Source: Deltaproteobacteria bacterium
Lineage (GTDB): Bacteria; Desulfobacterota; DSM-4660; Desulfatiglandales; B25-G16
DNA length: 64,000 nt
Direction of reading: 5' to 3'
Assembly: GCA_020349945.1 (NCBI GenBank)
Contig: CP070704.1
Span: 748,899-812,898, forward strand
Shown piece after piece: positions 54,546 to 64,000 of this stretch. How positions within the stretch are numbered: position 1 is the stretch's first letter; every line of letters begins with the position of its first letter. Both the position numbers and the translations under genes were made by a program. The notes under the pieces are model-generated. The model was not told the DNA's origin. It did not search any database and was given only the letters and a program-made list of their open reading frames with translations.

Positions 54546-55724
54546 TTATTCCTGATAGATCAGGTACGGCTTTCTTGATTCAAGGAAGCCTTCTAGGTCT
54601 TTAGAGCAATAGTCCAAGAGTTCCTCGATATCTTTCCCCTCTTCTAGATTGACCCTTATTGAAGAATCTCCAAAAATGAGATCTATGGGGAGCCTCTTAA
54701 AATCATATTCATAAGGTGGTTTCCGCCAGGCGAACTTATCTCCATAAGTTTCCATAATCGCTTTGAGTAGGGCAAGTGATGTCCGATAGGGTCTATAGGC
54801 GGTGGGGTTTAGGACGTGAATCATAAAACCGGTGCAAAGTTCCCCCTTCCATTTATTGAATGTAGGTCTAAAATAATATTCCTGAACATGACATCCTTGA
54901 ATATCTCTTGATGGTAACCCCTTTTTGATTATAGAGGGGTTAAGAAAAGGCGCCCCAAAAATCTCGAACGGGCGGCATGTCCCTCTTCCCTCTGAGATGT
55001 TTGTACCTTCCCAAATAACCTGGCCTGGATATACCTGAGCAGTTTCTAAAAGGGGCATATTTGGTGAGGGCATGATCCATGTTAACCCTGTATCCCTCCA
55101 TAACATGTACCGACGCCAGCCCTTAAGGGTAAGGACGCTGATATCACAGTCGATCTTAAAGGTATCCTTAAAGAGGTATGCGAGTTCTCCCATGGTCATT
55201 CCGTGCCGCATGGGAAGAGCGAATGGTCCCACAAGGGAGTAAAATTGGGGACGCAAGAGATTTCCCTCCACTATTGATCCACCCAATGGATTAGGCCTAT
55301 CTAAGATAAGAACCCTTTTTCCTGCCCTGGCGGCTTCTTTAAGGGTGTAAAGCATGGTGGCGGTAAAGGTATATACCCTTGTCCCCACATCTTGCAGATC
55401 TATGACAAGAAGATCTATGGTGCTGAGGATATCAGACAGTTTAGCTATGTTGCGGCCGTACAGGTTACATACTGGGATATTGAGCTCTGGATCAAAATAG
55501 TCTTGTGTCTCAACCATATTGTCCTGATCTTCGCCCCGAAATCCGTGCTGGGGCCCGAGAAGGATCTTGAGCTGTCCGGGAAGCAGCGTAGCGATCGCAT
55601 CTCTTGCATTCCGCAGATTATGATCTACAGAGGCCTGGTTGGCTAGTAAACCTAAGGATTGACCTCTGAATCTTTTCCAGGATTTTTGCACAAATTGATC
55701 CAAGCCTGTTGCGACGTTAGCCAT
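54546..55724 (-). CDS. DUF1343 family protein (exo-beta-N-acetylmuramidase NamZ-like)
   Basis: MANVATGLDQF...GLLANQASVD and DLQDVGTRVYT blocks typical of DUF1343. The ATG at 55724 is preferred over the TTG at 55778. Confidence 0.75.
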   Translation of the reverse strand: MANVATGLDQFVQKSWKRFRGQSLGLLANQASVDHNLRNARDAIATLLPGQLKILLGPQHGFRGEDQDNMVETQDYFDPELNIPVCNLYGRNIAKLSDILSTIDLLVIDLQDVGTRVYTFTATMLYTLKEAARAGKRVLILDRPNPLGGSIVEGNLLRPQFYSLVGPFALPMRHGMTMGELAYLFKDTFKIDCDISVLTLKGWRRYMLWRDTGLTWIMPSPNMPLLETAQVYPGQVIWEGTNISEGRGTCRPFEIFGAPFLNPSIIKKGLPSRDIQGCHVQEYYFRPTFNKWKGELCTGFMIHVLNPTAYRPYRTSLALLKAIMETYGDKFAWRKPPYEYDFKRLPIDLIFGDSSIRVNLEEGKDIEELLDYCSKDLEGFLESRKPYLIYQE

Positions 55725-55880
55725 TATTCCCTCTTTGATTAATCGTTGATAAGAAATAGGGATTGTGCCACCAGGCAAATTTTAGTATCATTCCAGCCTT
55801 CCCCTTTCATTATAACGTGTATAACATAACCGACTAGGCTTTTTGGAGGCAAGGGATTAAAAAACTATGGTCTATTTTGG

Positions 55881-57227
55881 GTGAAGAATGTGATAAGTCA
55901 CGCTGAGGACAAGGGAAGGCGGTATTATTCCTATAAAGAGTCGGTTTCCTGGTTATATGGGCTCCAGAAACTAGGGATTAAGTTTGGGCTCTCAAGAACA
56001 TCAAACCTTTTAAAGGCCTTCGGTAATCCTCACCTGGTTGGGAGATACATCCATATTGCTGGCACCAATGGTAAGGGATCTGTAGGGGCTATGCTGGAAT
56101 CCATATTGATGAGATCGGGGCTGAAGGTTGGCTTCTACTCCTCACCGCATTTGGTCAGCTTTACCGAAAGGTTTCGGATTAACAGGGAGTTTATCAAAAA
56201 GGACTGGGCAGACTCACTTATCAGGGAACTGAGAGCGGCAACGAGCCAGACGGAGCCACCAACATTTTTTGAGCTGACAACTGCGATGGCACTTCTCTAT
56301 TTTTTCCGGAGCAATATTGATGTCGGTATTGTTGAGGTGGGAATGGGCGGGCGTTTAGACGCCACCAATGTAATCCATCCAATGGTTTCTGTTATTACCA
56401 ATATCGGTTTAGAGCATCAAGAGTTCTTGGGAACTACCCTGATGGATATTGCAAAAGAGAAGGGCGGCATAATAAAGGAAGGGGTTGACTTGGTAACAGC
56501 CGTGAATCAGCCTTCTGTAATCGGCCTATTTGACTCCCAGTGTAGGAAGAAGGGCGCCCCTGTCTGGAGGGTTGGGCATAGTGTTCGCTATCGCAGATTA
56601 CCATCGGGTCTTTTAGGGTATTACGGCCTTACAAAGAGATACAAGAATCTGGAGCTGGGTCTTAAGGGGAGATTTCAGTATAGAAATGCCGCCTTAGCCT
56701 TATTGACTGTGGAGATACTAGAGAGAAAAGGTCTTACTGTCCCAGATGAGGCTATCAGACTGGGCCTTGCTGATCTTATGTGGCATGGCCGGCTTGAAAG
56801 GATTTCCTCTGATCCAACAATAATCCTTGATGGTGCGCATAATCCACCAGCCATGAGATCGCTTGCCCACACAATCGCTCATGATTTTGATTTCGAGGGG
56901 CTGATTTTGGTTTTGGGTGTTATGGGAGACAAGGATATCTCAAACATCCTTAGAGAGATCTTACCCCTGGCAGACAGGGTAATTTATACCAGGCCGACCT
57001 ACTACAGGGCGGCCAATCCTCGATATCTAATGGATATGGCGAGGGAGTTCGGAAAGGCCGGGGAGGTCCATTTCTCCATACCGGCAGCTATTGATAGGGC
57101 CAGAGATCTGGCTGACAAAAGGGATCTGATATTGATTACCGGTTCTCTGTTTACCGTTGGTGAGGTGAAATCATACCTAGATCCTATACGCTACCCACTT
57201 GAAGATATTTGGAACTATAGGGCTTAA
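55881..57227 (+). CDS. folC: bifunctional folylpolyglutamate synthase / dihydrofolate synthase
   Basis: Mur-ligase P-loop HIAGTNGKGSV, FEL.TAMAL block and C-terminal LDGAHNP. Confidence 0.9.
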   Translation: MKNVISHAEDKGRRYYSYKESVSWLYGLQKLGIKFGLSRTSNLLKAFGNPHLVGRYIHIAGTNGKGSVGAMLESILMRSGLKVGFYSSPHLVSFTERFRINREFIKKDWADSLIRELRAATSQTEPPTFFELTTAMALLYFFRSNIDVGIVEVGMGGRLDATNVIHPMVSVITNIGLEHQEFLGTTLMDIAKEKGGIIKEGVDLVTAVNQPSVIGLFDSQCRKKGAPVWRVGHSVRYRRLPSGLLGYYGLTKRYKNLELGLKGRFQYRNAALALLTVEILERKGLTVPDEAIRLGLADLMWHGRLERISSDPTIILDGAHNPPAMRSLAHTIAHDFDFEGLILVLGVMGDKDISNILREILPLADRVIYTRPTYYRAANPRYLMDMAREFGKAGEVHFSIPAAIDRARDLADKRDLILITGSLFTVGEVKSYLDPIRYPLEDIWNYRA

Positions 57228-57302
57228 GATAAGGGGGTTTTCGCCCCATGAAAACCCCCTCAAAAAATGGATTATCCTCCTGGGTAGGAATTAAGCAGAA
57301 AG

Positions 57303-59531
57303 ATGCCGGAGCCGTTCTCAAAAGCCGTTGTTTTGAATCAGGGTGAGAGAGGTATATCTGGTATCATATTCTGGATCTTTTTTATCACATCAATGAGCCT
57401 TACTGCCATCCCTCTAGCCGAAGGTCATTCCAATGCGGGGGGAGAACTCATACCCTGGCACATTACAGCCAATAAGATAGTCAACCTAGCAGAGGAAGAT
57501 CTTTACTTGGCAGAGGGTGAGGTAATGATCTCCAAGGGAGATGAAACCCTTTGGGCGGACAGGGTGACATATAACAGGAGGTCTGGACTGGTTAAGGCTG
57601 AGGGAGATGTAAAACTGTCAACAGCAGGTGACATCTTAAGGTGTGATAGGGGGTCATTTAACCTGAAGGATAAGACAGGCCACATATCAGATGGAACCCT
57701 CTTCCTTATAACCAATCACTACTATATTCAGGGTAAAGAAATAAGCAAGACAGGCCCAGCAACATATATTATCAAGGGTTGTAGGATTACCTCATGCGAC
57801 GGGGAAAACCCAGATTGGTCCATTACTGGATCGGAAGTAGCGGTTACTCTCGAGGGTTATGGTACTGTCAAGCATGCAGCATTTTTTGTGAGGCATATCC
57901 CCATTTTGTATTTCCCGTACATTATCTTTCCAGCCAAGACAAAAAGGCAGACAGGATTTCTTCCACCAAGCATAGGTTACTCCAGGAGGAATGGCCTGGA
58001 TTTCGAGCTCCCATTCTTTTGGGCTATATCTGATCAAACCGACGCCACTTTTTATGAGCGCTACATGAGTGAAAGGGGTCTCATGCATGGTCTTGAGTTT
58101 CGTTATATAACCGGGGCTGATTCAAGGGGGGCATTCTTATACGATACCATTTCTGATAAGAAAGAGGAAAAGGATATGTACGATGAGGATGACCTTAAGA
58201 TTAGTCCATATCCGAGGGAAAATAAAACGCGGTACTGGTTTCGAGGGCGCTCCGACCAGAGATTCCCCTTCGAGATAGTCTCTCGGCTCGATGCTGATTT
58301 CGTAAGCGACTATGACTACTTGAGGGAATTTGAGGAGCCTACTTTGGGGTTTGAGCACAGGGCGAGACTGGATGAGGAATCCGGGAGACCGTTAGAAGAA
58401 ATTCATTCACCCACGAGGCGGTCGGCTCTCAGGATCAGCAGGGATTTCGACGACTGGTCGCTTCAGGCACTGAGCAGTTATTATCAGAGGCCAGAGCGTC
58501 CAGAAGAGGATACAACTGCCCAACCCCTTGCTGGCTTAGATTTAACAGTTCTTCCAAAGAGGATCCTGAACCTTCCGGTTTTCTTTTCCCTTGATTCTGA
58601 TTATGGCTATATTTACCGGGATACCGGTCAGAGAGGCCAAAGGCTGGCTCTTTCTCCCTCTATCAGCTATTCGCTATGGCCTATTCCCTACGTAGAGCTT
58701 GAACCATCGATTAAGTATTTTGTCACCTACCAATGGCTTGAGGAATTCGAGGGACATACAGGTAAACAGATTAAGGATGCCTATGAGCTGGGGTTAAGGG
58801 TATCCACGATATTAGAAAGGATATTTGACATAAGGAAAGGGAACATAAAGAGCATAAAGCACAAATTTCAGCCAGGTATTTCGTATACCCTGAGACCATA
58901 CCCGGACGAAGAAGAATATAGACCGTGGTTCGAACCGGTAGATACATTAGGCAGACTCAATTCAATTTCACTTTCTCTTGATAATTACCTTGATGCACGC
59001 AGGGAAGATGAAAGAGGTGGGCTTACTTACTCGCAGGTCGCAAATTTCAACCTTATCCAAGACTATGACCTTGATGAGGCCACAAAGGAGAAGGCACCTG
59101 GCGAGAAGAGGGAGCCTTTTGGTCCTCTGAGAGGTAATTTAACTGTAACCCCCTATCCAGACCTTGACCTGCGGGCTACTGCTAACTGGGATCACTATAA
59201 ACATCATATGTTATCGGGGGGTGTGGCCCTGGATTTAACAGTTCAAAGAAGCGGTAATAGACAGGATAGTTACATAATAGATTATGTATATTCCAGGGAT
59301 ACCACCAGGAGTTTAAATTATGAATTGAAGATAAATCTACTCTACGGTTTTGCCATTGGGGCAAGCAGGAAGAGGGACCTCATCATAAAGCACGATATTG
59401 AGAATAGCTACTGGATAGACTACCAATCCCAGTGTTGGGGCCTGAGGCTCCTTCATGAGGATATTGATGAAGATACGAGGACGATGGTTTTCTTTAGACT
59501 TTTAGGGGTAGGTCAGGTAGGTGATTTCTGA
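57303..59531 (+). CDS. lptD: LPS-assembly protein LptD (OstA family)
   Basis: 742 aa. N-terminal OstA-like beta-jellyroll (repeated ...AEGDV.L...) and a large C-terminal barrel region. Confidence 0.75.
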   Translation: MPEPFSKAVVLNQGERGISGIIFWIFFITSMSLTAIPLAEGHSNAGGELIPWHITANKIVNLAEEDLYLAEGEVMISKGDETLWADRVTYNRRSGLVKAEGDVKLSTAGDILRCDRGSFNLKDKTGHISDGTLFLITNHYYIQGKEISKTGPATYIIKGCRITSCDGENPDWSITGSEVAVTLEGYGTVKHAAFFVRHIPILYFPYIIFPAKTKRQTGFLPPSIGYSRRNGLDFELPFFWAISDQTDATFYERYMSERGLMHGLEFRYITGADSRGAFLYDTISDKKEEKDMYDEDDLKISPYPRENKTRYWFRGRSDQRFPFEIVSRLDADFVSDYDYLREFEEPTLGFEHRARLDEESGRPLEEIHSPTRRSALRISRDFDDWSLQALSSYYQRPERPEEDTTAQPLAGLDLTVLPKRILNLPVFFSLDSDYGYIYRDTGQRGQRLALSPSISYSLWPIPYVELEPSIKYFVTYQWLEEFEGHTGKQIKDAYELGLRVSTILERIFDIRKGNIKSIKHKFQPGISYTLRPYPDEEEYRPWFEPVDTLGRLNSISLSLDNYLDARREDERGGLTYSQVANFNLIQDYDLDEATKEKAPGEKREPFGPLRGNLTVTPYPDLDLRATANWDHYKHHMLSGGVALDLTVQRSGNRQDSYIIDYVYSRDTTRSLNYELKINLLYGFAIGASRKRDLIIKHDIENSYWIDYQSQCWGLRLLHEDIDEDTRTMVFFRLLGVGQVGDF

Positions 59532-59540
59532 GTAAAGGAG

Positions 59541-60347
59541 TTAGGTAGTTTCTTGATTGTTAGGCCTAAAATATAATAAGGCTAAGCCCCCGATAGCCAT
59601 CAAGAGGCACAGAATCTGACCCATGGTCAGAAAAGAAAAGACAAATCCGAGCTGTGGATCCGGCTCTCGGAAAAACTCTACAAAAAATCTGAAGATGCTA
59701 TAAAGGAAAAGGAATAAACAGAAGGGCGTCCCTTTTTTAAGGGGGAGATCCTTTATCCACCACAGGATTGCAAAAAGGAGGACACCTTCAAGGAAAAATT
59801 CGTACAGCTGAGAGGGATGCCTTGGAAAATCTCCAGCTGATGGAAAGACCATGCCCCAGGGGAGATTGGTTACCCTACCATAGAGCTCAGCATTAATAAA
59901 ATTGCCAAGCCTCCCAAGCCCTAAGCCAATAGGAGCGGTTACGACAATAAGATCGGCAAGTTCCCAGAAATTGACTCCATGCCTTTTTGCGTACATAGAG
60001 CCAGAGAAAATAACACCTATCACGCCGCCGTGAAATGACATCCCCCCTTCCCATATAGCAAGTAGTTTTAATGGATGGCTGAGATAAAAGGGAAGATTGT
60101 AGAAGATAACATAACCGAGGCGGGCCCCAATAATAAGGCTAATTATCAGAAAAAAGAAAAGATCATTGACGAAATGTATGTCAATATGAAGCCCTTTTTT
60201 TCTTATTTGATATCGCACCAGAAAGTAGGAGGACAAGAAACCAAGGACATACATGACCCCATACCAGCGCATCTCAAGGGGCCCCAGTTTAACTATTGTT
60301 GGATTTAGACTTGGATAGGTCAGCATTTGCCTGAAATTCCACTTCAA
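59541..60347 (-). CDS. lgt: prolipoprotein diacylglyceryl transferase
   Basis: RWYGVMYVLGF, GGMSFHGGVIGV and GRLGNFINAELYGR motifs. Confidence 0.9.
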   Translation of the reverse strand: MKWNFRQMLTYPSLNPTIVKLGPLEMRWYGVMYVLGFLSSYFLVRYQIRKKGLHIDIHFVNDLFFFLIISLIIGARLGYVIFYNLPFYLSHPLKLLAIWEGGMSFHGGVIGVIFSGSMYAKRHGVNFWELADLIVVTAPIGLGLGRLGNFINAELYGRVTNLPWGMVFPSAGDFPRHPSQLYEFFLEGVLLFAILWWIKDLPLKKGTPFCLFLFLYSIFRFFVEFFREPDPQLGFVFSFLTMGQILCLLMAIGGLALLYFRPNNQETT

Positions 60348-60399
60348 GATACCATAACAGGATAAAGAAAAGAATCGAAAACTTTAGCAAAGGCTTGCA

Positions 60400-61788
60400 G
60401 TGGATATAAGAAGGGGAGATACCATAGAGCTGGGAATAGAAAAGGTTGTTTTCGGTGGCAGGGGACTTGCCCATCTCAAGGGAATGGCAGTTTTTGTGGA
60501 TAAGGCCGTTCCAGGTGACAGGGTTAGGGCAAGAGTAATCAGGGTTAAAAGGAATTATGCCGAGGCAAGGATCCTAGAGGTGATAGAGGCCTCACCGCAC
60601 AGGATCAGTGCTGCCTGCCCTTACAGCAATTACTGCGGTGGCTGTAACTGGCAGTTCATTAACTATGAGAAACAGTTGGAATACAAGCAGGCATCAGTTC
60701 AGGATTTACTGAGCCATATCGGTAAGGCTCCTCATTGTCAGGTCCACTCTGCCCTGCCCTCCTCCCAGATATTTGGGTACAGAAACAAGATGGAATTCTC
60801 CTTCTCTGACAGAGGATGCTCCTTACCCGGAGAGGAAGATAAGGCCAGTGGCAATAAGAATTGTGCCCTTGGTCTTCACATACCAGGTACCTTTGATAAG
60901 ATTGTAGACATTGAGGGATGCCTTCTTCAGAAAGAAAAAGGCAATGAGATATTAAGGGGGGTAAAGAGATACGTAGAGGATAGTGGGGTACCCGTCTATG
61001 GGCTTGAAAGTCATCGGGGGTTCTGGCGCTATCTAGTGTTACGGCATTCCTATTGCTTTGATGAATGGATGGTGAATATAGTAACGAGTGATGAGCGGGA
61101 CCCTCCTGTTCATGCCCTGGCCTCAATGCTGAGGGATCGATTCAAGGAAATCACCTGTATAGTAAATGGTATCAATACCAGGAAAGGCGGGACGGCAGTT
61201 GGTGAGTGGGAGAGAACCCTGGCAGGCGATGGCAATATCAGGGATAAAATAGGGGGGTTTACTTTTGAGATATCCGCAGATTCCTTTTTCCAGACCAATA
61301 CCCCTATGGCAGAGAGACTATACAAGTCGGTAAAGGATCTTGCCTCTCTGAGAGGAGAGGAGACCGTTCTTGATCTTTACTGTGGGATCGGCACAGTTTC
61401 TATCTTCTTGGCCCCTGACGCCTCAAGGGTAATCGGAATGGATATATCGAATAGTGCTTTAGCAGACGCCAATAGGAATTGTCTGTTGAATGGGGTGGAT
61501 AACTGTAAATTCCTTTGTGGGGATGTGAAGACTTTGTTGCCTCAGGTTACTATTAAACCAGAGGTGTTGGTCACTGACCCACCAAGAGCAGGGATGCACA
61601 GGAGGGTGGTAGACCAGATCCTTCGATTTTTGCCTGAAAGGATTATCTACATTTCCTGCAACCCTGCCACATTGGCCAGGGATATCGCCTTGTTAAAGGA
61701 GAGGTATAGGGTAGAAGAGGTTCAGCCAATTGATCTATTTCCAAACACCTATCATGTAGAGTCTGTCGCGAGGCTGGAAAGCGTTTGA
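60400..61788 (+). CDS. rlmD: 23S rRNA (uracil-5-)-methyltransferase RlmD-type (TRAM + Fe-S + SAM MTase)
   Basis: TRAM domain N-terminus, Cys cluster CPYSNYCGGCNWQ, SAM motif LDLYCGIGT and catalytic YISCNPAT. Confidence 0.85.
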   Translation: MDIRRGDTIELGIEKVVFGGRGLAHLKGMAVFVDKAVPGDRVRARVIRVKRNYAEARILEVIEASPHRISAACPYSNYCGGCNWQFINYEKQLEYKQASVQDLLSHIGKAPHCQVHSALPSSQIFGYRNKMEFSFSDRGCSLPGEEDKASGNKNCALGLHIPGTFDKIVDIEGCLLQKEKGNEILRGVKRYVEDSGVPVYGLESHRGFWRYLVLRHSYCFDEWMVNIVTSDERDPPVHALASMLRDRFKEITCIVNGINTRKGGTAVGEWERTLAGDGNIRDKIGGFTFEISADSFFQTNTPMAERLYKSVKDLASLRGEETVLDLYCGIGTVSIFLAPDASRVIGMDISNSALADANRNCLLNGVDNCKFLCGDVKTLLPQVTIKPEVLVTDPPRAGMHRRVVDQILRFLPERIIYISCNPATLARDIALLKERYRVEEVQPIDLFPNTYHVESVARLESV

Positions 61789-61804
61789 CGGCAAAAGAAA
61801 GCTA

Positions 61805-61832
61805 TTGACAATTACTGAGTCGCATATATAAT
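61805..61832 (+). promoter_or_regulatory. consensus sigma70 promoter upstream of rpsU
   Basis: TTGACA (61805-61810), 16-nt spacer, TATAAT (61827-61832). Confidence 0.6.
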
Positions 61833-61984
61833 TCGAGGTGTGTTGGGCCACAGATCAAAGGGGGAGAAAGTGCTGGCGCAATTTCCCCACCAATATATTC
61901 TTTAAACAGGGAGGTGAGTTGTAAGAAGGGCTGAGACTTGGAAGAGGGAGCGATCTGAGCGCTTAGCTACATGCAGTTAACACT

Positions 61985-62182
61985 ATGAAGGTAATTGTAT
62001 ATAATAATCAAATAGAAAAGGCCATACGAGATCTGAAGAGAAAACTTTCAAAGGAGGGTTTCTACTCGGAGATAAAGGAGAGAAGGTTTTATGACAAGCC
62101 GAGTGTACAGAGGAAAAAGAAACAGGCGAAGGCTGCCAAGAGACTCCGAAAAAAGATGAGAGGTTTTAGCTTTAGTAGGTAA
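61985..62182 (+). CDS. rpsU: 30S ribosomal protein S21
   Basis: 65 aa. ...EKAIRDLKRKLSKEGFYSEIKERRFYDKPSVQRKKK... matches bS21. Confidence 0.9.
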   Translation: MKVIVYNNQIEKAIRDLKRKLSKEGFYSEIKERRFYDKPSVQRKKKQAKAAKRLRKKMRGFSFSR

Positions 62183-62300
62183 CAATCAGTTATAATTACA
62201 CGTTAGAGGTAACCCATTCAATTGTAAGTCCGCCTGCAGCGGACTGGGTTAGCCCATTTTCCTTGTAGACGAAGGCCAAGGCTTTTAATCTTTGATCTAC

Positions 62301-62487
62301 TATCGGTGGTACCGAAATGGTTTAAAAGGGAATCCCGTTAAAAGCGGGAACGGTCCCGCCGCTGTAACCCTGTCCCTTCTTGTTTTGTGAGAAAAGGGAG
62401 CCTTTTTAGCATGTGTGTGCCACTGTTCCGAAAAGTCGGGATGGGAAGGTAGCTAAAAGGGCGGGGGAGTCAGAAGACCTGCCCCGA
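62301..62487 (+). promoter_or_regulatory. cobalamin (B12) riboswitch
   Basis: AAAAGGGAATCCCGTTAAAAGCGGGAACGGTCCCGCCGCTGTAACC...GCCACTG...GGGAAGG...AGTCAGAAGACCTGCC. P1 closure ATCGG/CCGAT. Confidence 0.85.
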
Positions 62488-62545
62488 TGGTAATATTTTG
62501 TCGGTACTGAGCCGGCTGTTTAAGGATCAAGGAAACAGGGTGCAG

Positions 62546-62579
62546 TCCTTAAATCCACCTGGATTTAAGGATTTTTTTT
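62546..62579 (+). terminator. riboswitch expression-platform terminator
   Basis: 11-bp stem TCCTTAAATCC / GGATTTAAGGA, ACCT loop, eight T residues. The upstream TTAAGGA (62520-62526) can pair with the 5' arm as an antiterminator. Confidence 0.75.
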
Positions 62580-62747
62580 GAAATTGTGCTGGTCAGAACA
62601 TGGCAATGCCCTATCATAAATATGGGTTGGGGCCTTTTCTCAATAAGAAATTCCACTCTTCTCTCGGCCGATAGATATGGTCAGGGGGAAATTGGCCCAG
62701 CCCAGTTACGAGATCGCTGGTAAACCGCTAGGGGATATCAGTATACT

Positions 62748-63650
62748 ATGAGTAAAACGGTTTATGTAAAACTATCGTTCATTATTCTCCTGTTTTCTTC
62801 GCCTCTGTCCTCACATGCAGGTGTCTTCTATGATTCTTTGGGCAGGGAAGTGATCCTATGCTCCATGCCTATGAGGATCGTTTCTTTGGCGCCAAGCATT
62901 ACAGAGATGATCTATTTTCTCGGGCTAGGAGATAGGCTTGTGGGTGTAACCCAATTTAGCTATTTTCCTGAGGAGGCCCGGAACAAGCCAAAAGTGGGTG
63001 CCTATACGGATATAGATGTTGAAAGGGTCATAACGCTTAATCCTGATCTTGTTATTGCTACGGCTGATGGAAATAAGAGGGGGGATGTAAAAATGCTGGA
63101 GGAGGGCGGCATTCCTGTTTATGTTATCAATCCTCGAAAGGTAAATCAACTCCTCGATACCATAGAAAGATTGGGAGAGATCTGTGGCGTACCTGATAGG
63201 GCAGAAAGGCTGGTTAATGATCTCAGAGAAAGGGTCATGAGGGTCGTGAAGGCAGTAAGGAATAAGGGAAGACCGCTGGTACTTTTGGTGATAAATGTGA
63301 GGCCCCTTATGAGCGTAAATCGAAACACCATACACCATGACATAATCCAGCTGGCTGGTGGGAGGAATATGACTGGGGATCAGCCCATTACCTATCCAAA
63401 ACTGAACATGGAAGCAGTAGTAAAGAGAAGACCGGATGTGATAATCATCTCATGTATGGAAAGAGGAGGGGAGTACGAGAAGGCCAGAAACCAGTGGTTT
63501 CGATGGTCTGCCCTGCCAGCTGTCCAAAAGGGGAATGTCTATCTTATTGATTCTGACCTGATAGACAGGCCAGCCCCGAGAGTAGTGAGCGGGTTAGAAG
63601 CAATGGCCAGATTAATACATCCAGAAATACAAGGGCATGAGAGGCAATAA
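62748..63650 (+). CDS. ABC transporter periplasmic binding protein, cobalamin/siderophore type (BtuF-like)
   Basis: Signal peptide. RIVSLAPSITEMIYFLGLGDRLVGVT is a typical BtuF/FecB-family start. Lies downstream of the B12 riboswitch. Confidence 0.8.
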   Translation: MSKTVYVKLSFIILLFSSPLSSHAGVFYDSLGREVILCSMPMRIVSLAPSITEMIYFLGLGDRLVGVTQFSYFPEEARNKPKVGAYTDIDVERVITLNPDLVIATADGNKRGDVKMLEEGGIPVYVINPRKVNQLLDTIERLGEICGVPDRAERLVNDLRERVMRVVKAVRNKGRPLVLLVINVRPLMSVNRNTIHHDIIQLAGGRNMTGDQPITYPKLNMEAVVKRRPDVIIISCMERGGEYEKARNQWFRWSALPAVQKGNVYLIDSDLIDRPAPRVVSGLEAMARLIHPEIQGHERQ

Positions 63651-64000
63651 TGAAGATCAGAGGATAACCCCTGTAAGGGTAATAACTACAGGGCTTATCT
63701 TATCAGGGATACTTCTTGTTATCATCCTTATCTCTCTCAGTTTGGGTCCTGCCAGGATTTCTTTAAAGGATATTCTTGCCTGGGTCACTGGCTATAAATC
63801 CGTTGATCGAACGGCATGGATGATTTTGTTTAAGATAAGGCTGCCCAGGATCTTGCTGGCTGGGTTGGTTGGTTTTGCGCTCTCCCTTGGTGGAGTTGTA
63901 TTCCAGGCCCTGCTGAGAAACCCCCTGGCAGAGCCTTTTATACTTGGTGTCTCAAGTGGAGCCGCAGTGGGAGCCATTATAGGAATTGTTTTTGGTCTTG
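63637..64000 (+). CDS. FecCD/BtuC-family ABC permease, 5' part (continues beyond window)
   Basis: The ATG at 63637 overlaps the btuF-like stop. The translation ...LGPARISLKDILAW...ILFKIRLPRILLAGLVGFALSLGGVVFQALLRNPLAEPFILGVSSGAA is the FecCD signature. Open to the window end, so absent from the ORF track. Confidence 0.8.
   Translation, partial: MRGNNEDQRITPVRVITTGLILSGILLVIILISLSLGPARISLKDILAWVTGYKSVDRTAWMILFKIRLPRILLAGLVGFALSLGGVVFQALLRNPLAEPFILGVSSGAAVGAIIGIVFGL

Noticed and set aside
1-64000. CRISPR arrays, rRNA genes, intact IS elements or prophage blocks
   Set aside because: No regularly spaced short repeats, no rRNA-like sequence and no complete transposase or integrase were seen. Only the degraded fragments reported above were found.

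Overview
The window looks like a chromosomal segment from a Gram-negative, probably anaerobic bacterium. Evidence for this is the Tol-Pal, LptD, Lgt and TonB-dependent receptor genes, plus class III RNR NrdDG, an AbfD-type dehydratase and a tungsten-type AOR. All calls come from reading the translated ORFs and the DNA by eye; no searches were run.

Layout:
- 1-8.8 kb: mixed housekeeping genes (DUF72, TatD, two tandem Slp lipoproteins, an HhH-GPD-like protein, a methyltransferase, an HtrA protease, a PlsC-like acyltransferase, DUF362, Nudix).
- 8.9-41 kb: an accessory metabolic region with clear signs of gene decay and rearrangement.
  - An AbfD-type dehydratase is followed by a truncated aminotransferase paralog.
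  - A beta-keto-acid-cleavage (BKACE) module follows, with a Liv-type ABC importer and acetoacetyl-CoA synthetase.
  - Three remnants lie in or after this module: an IS200/RAYT-like transposase fragment, a frameshifted thiolase and a truncated large serine recombinase.
  - An orphan cluster follows: enolase-superfamily enzyme, acyl-CoA dehydrogenase, split UxaA/SuyAB-like lyase, AOR, an OYE/FAD reductase, an exported tandem-cyclase protein and three Nramp-like permeases.
- 41-64 kb: core genes.
  - A TonB-dependent receptor behind a cobalamin riboswitch, then nrdDG, pyrF, tRNA-Thr(CGT) and a J-domain protein.
  - tolQRA-tolB-pal-cpoB, a DUF1343/NamZ-like gene, folC, lptD, lgt, rlmD and rpsU.
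  - A second cobalamin riboswitch in front of btuF/btuC-like genes.

Most interesting observation: two of the Nramp-like permease genes are a diverged duplicated cassette, and each copy keeps three elements.
- The same sigma70-like promoter.
- A conserved 13-14-codon upstream ORF, MVIF...(K/R)PP-stop.
- A terminator-like hairpin whose 5' arm is formed by the Pro-Pro-stop codons.

This architecture suggests a leader-peptide transcription attenuator that I do not recognise as a described element. No CRISPR array, rRNA or intact mobile element was seen.
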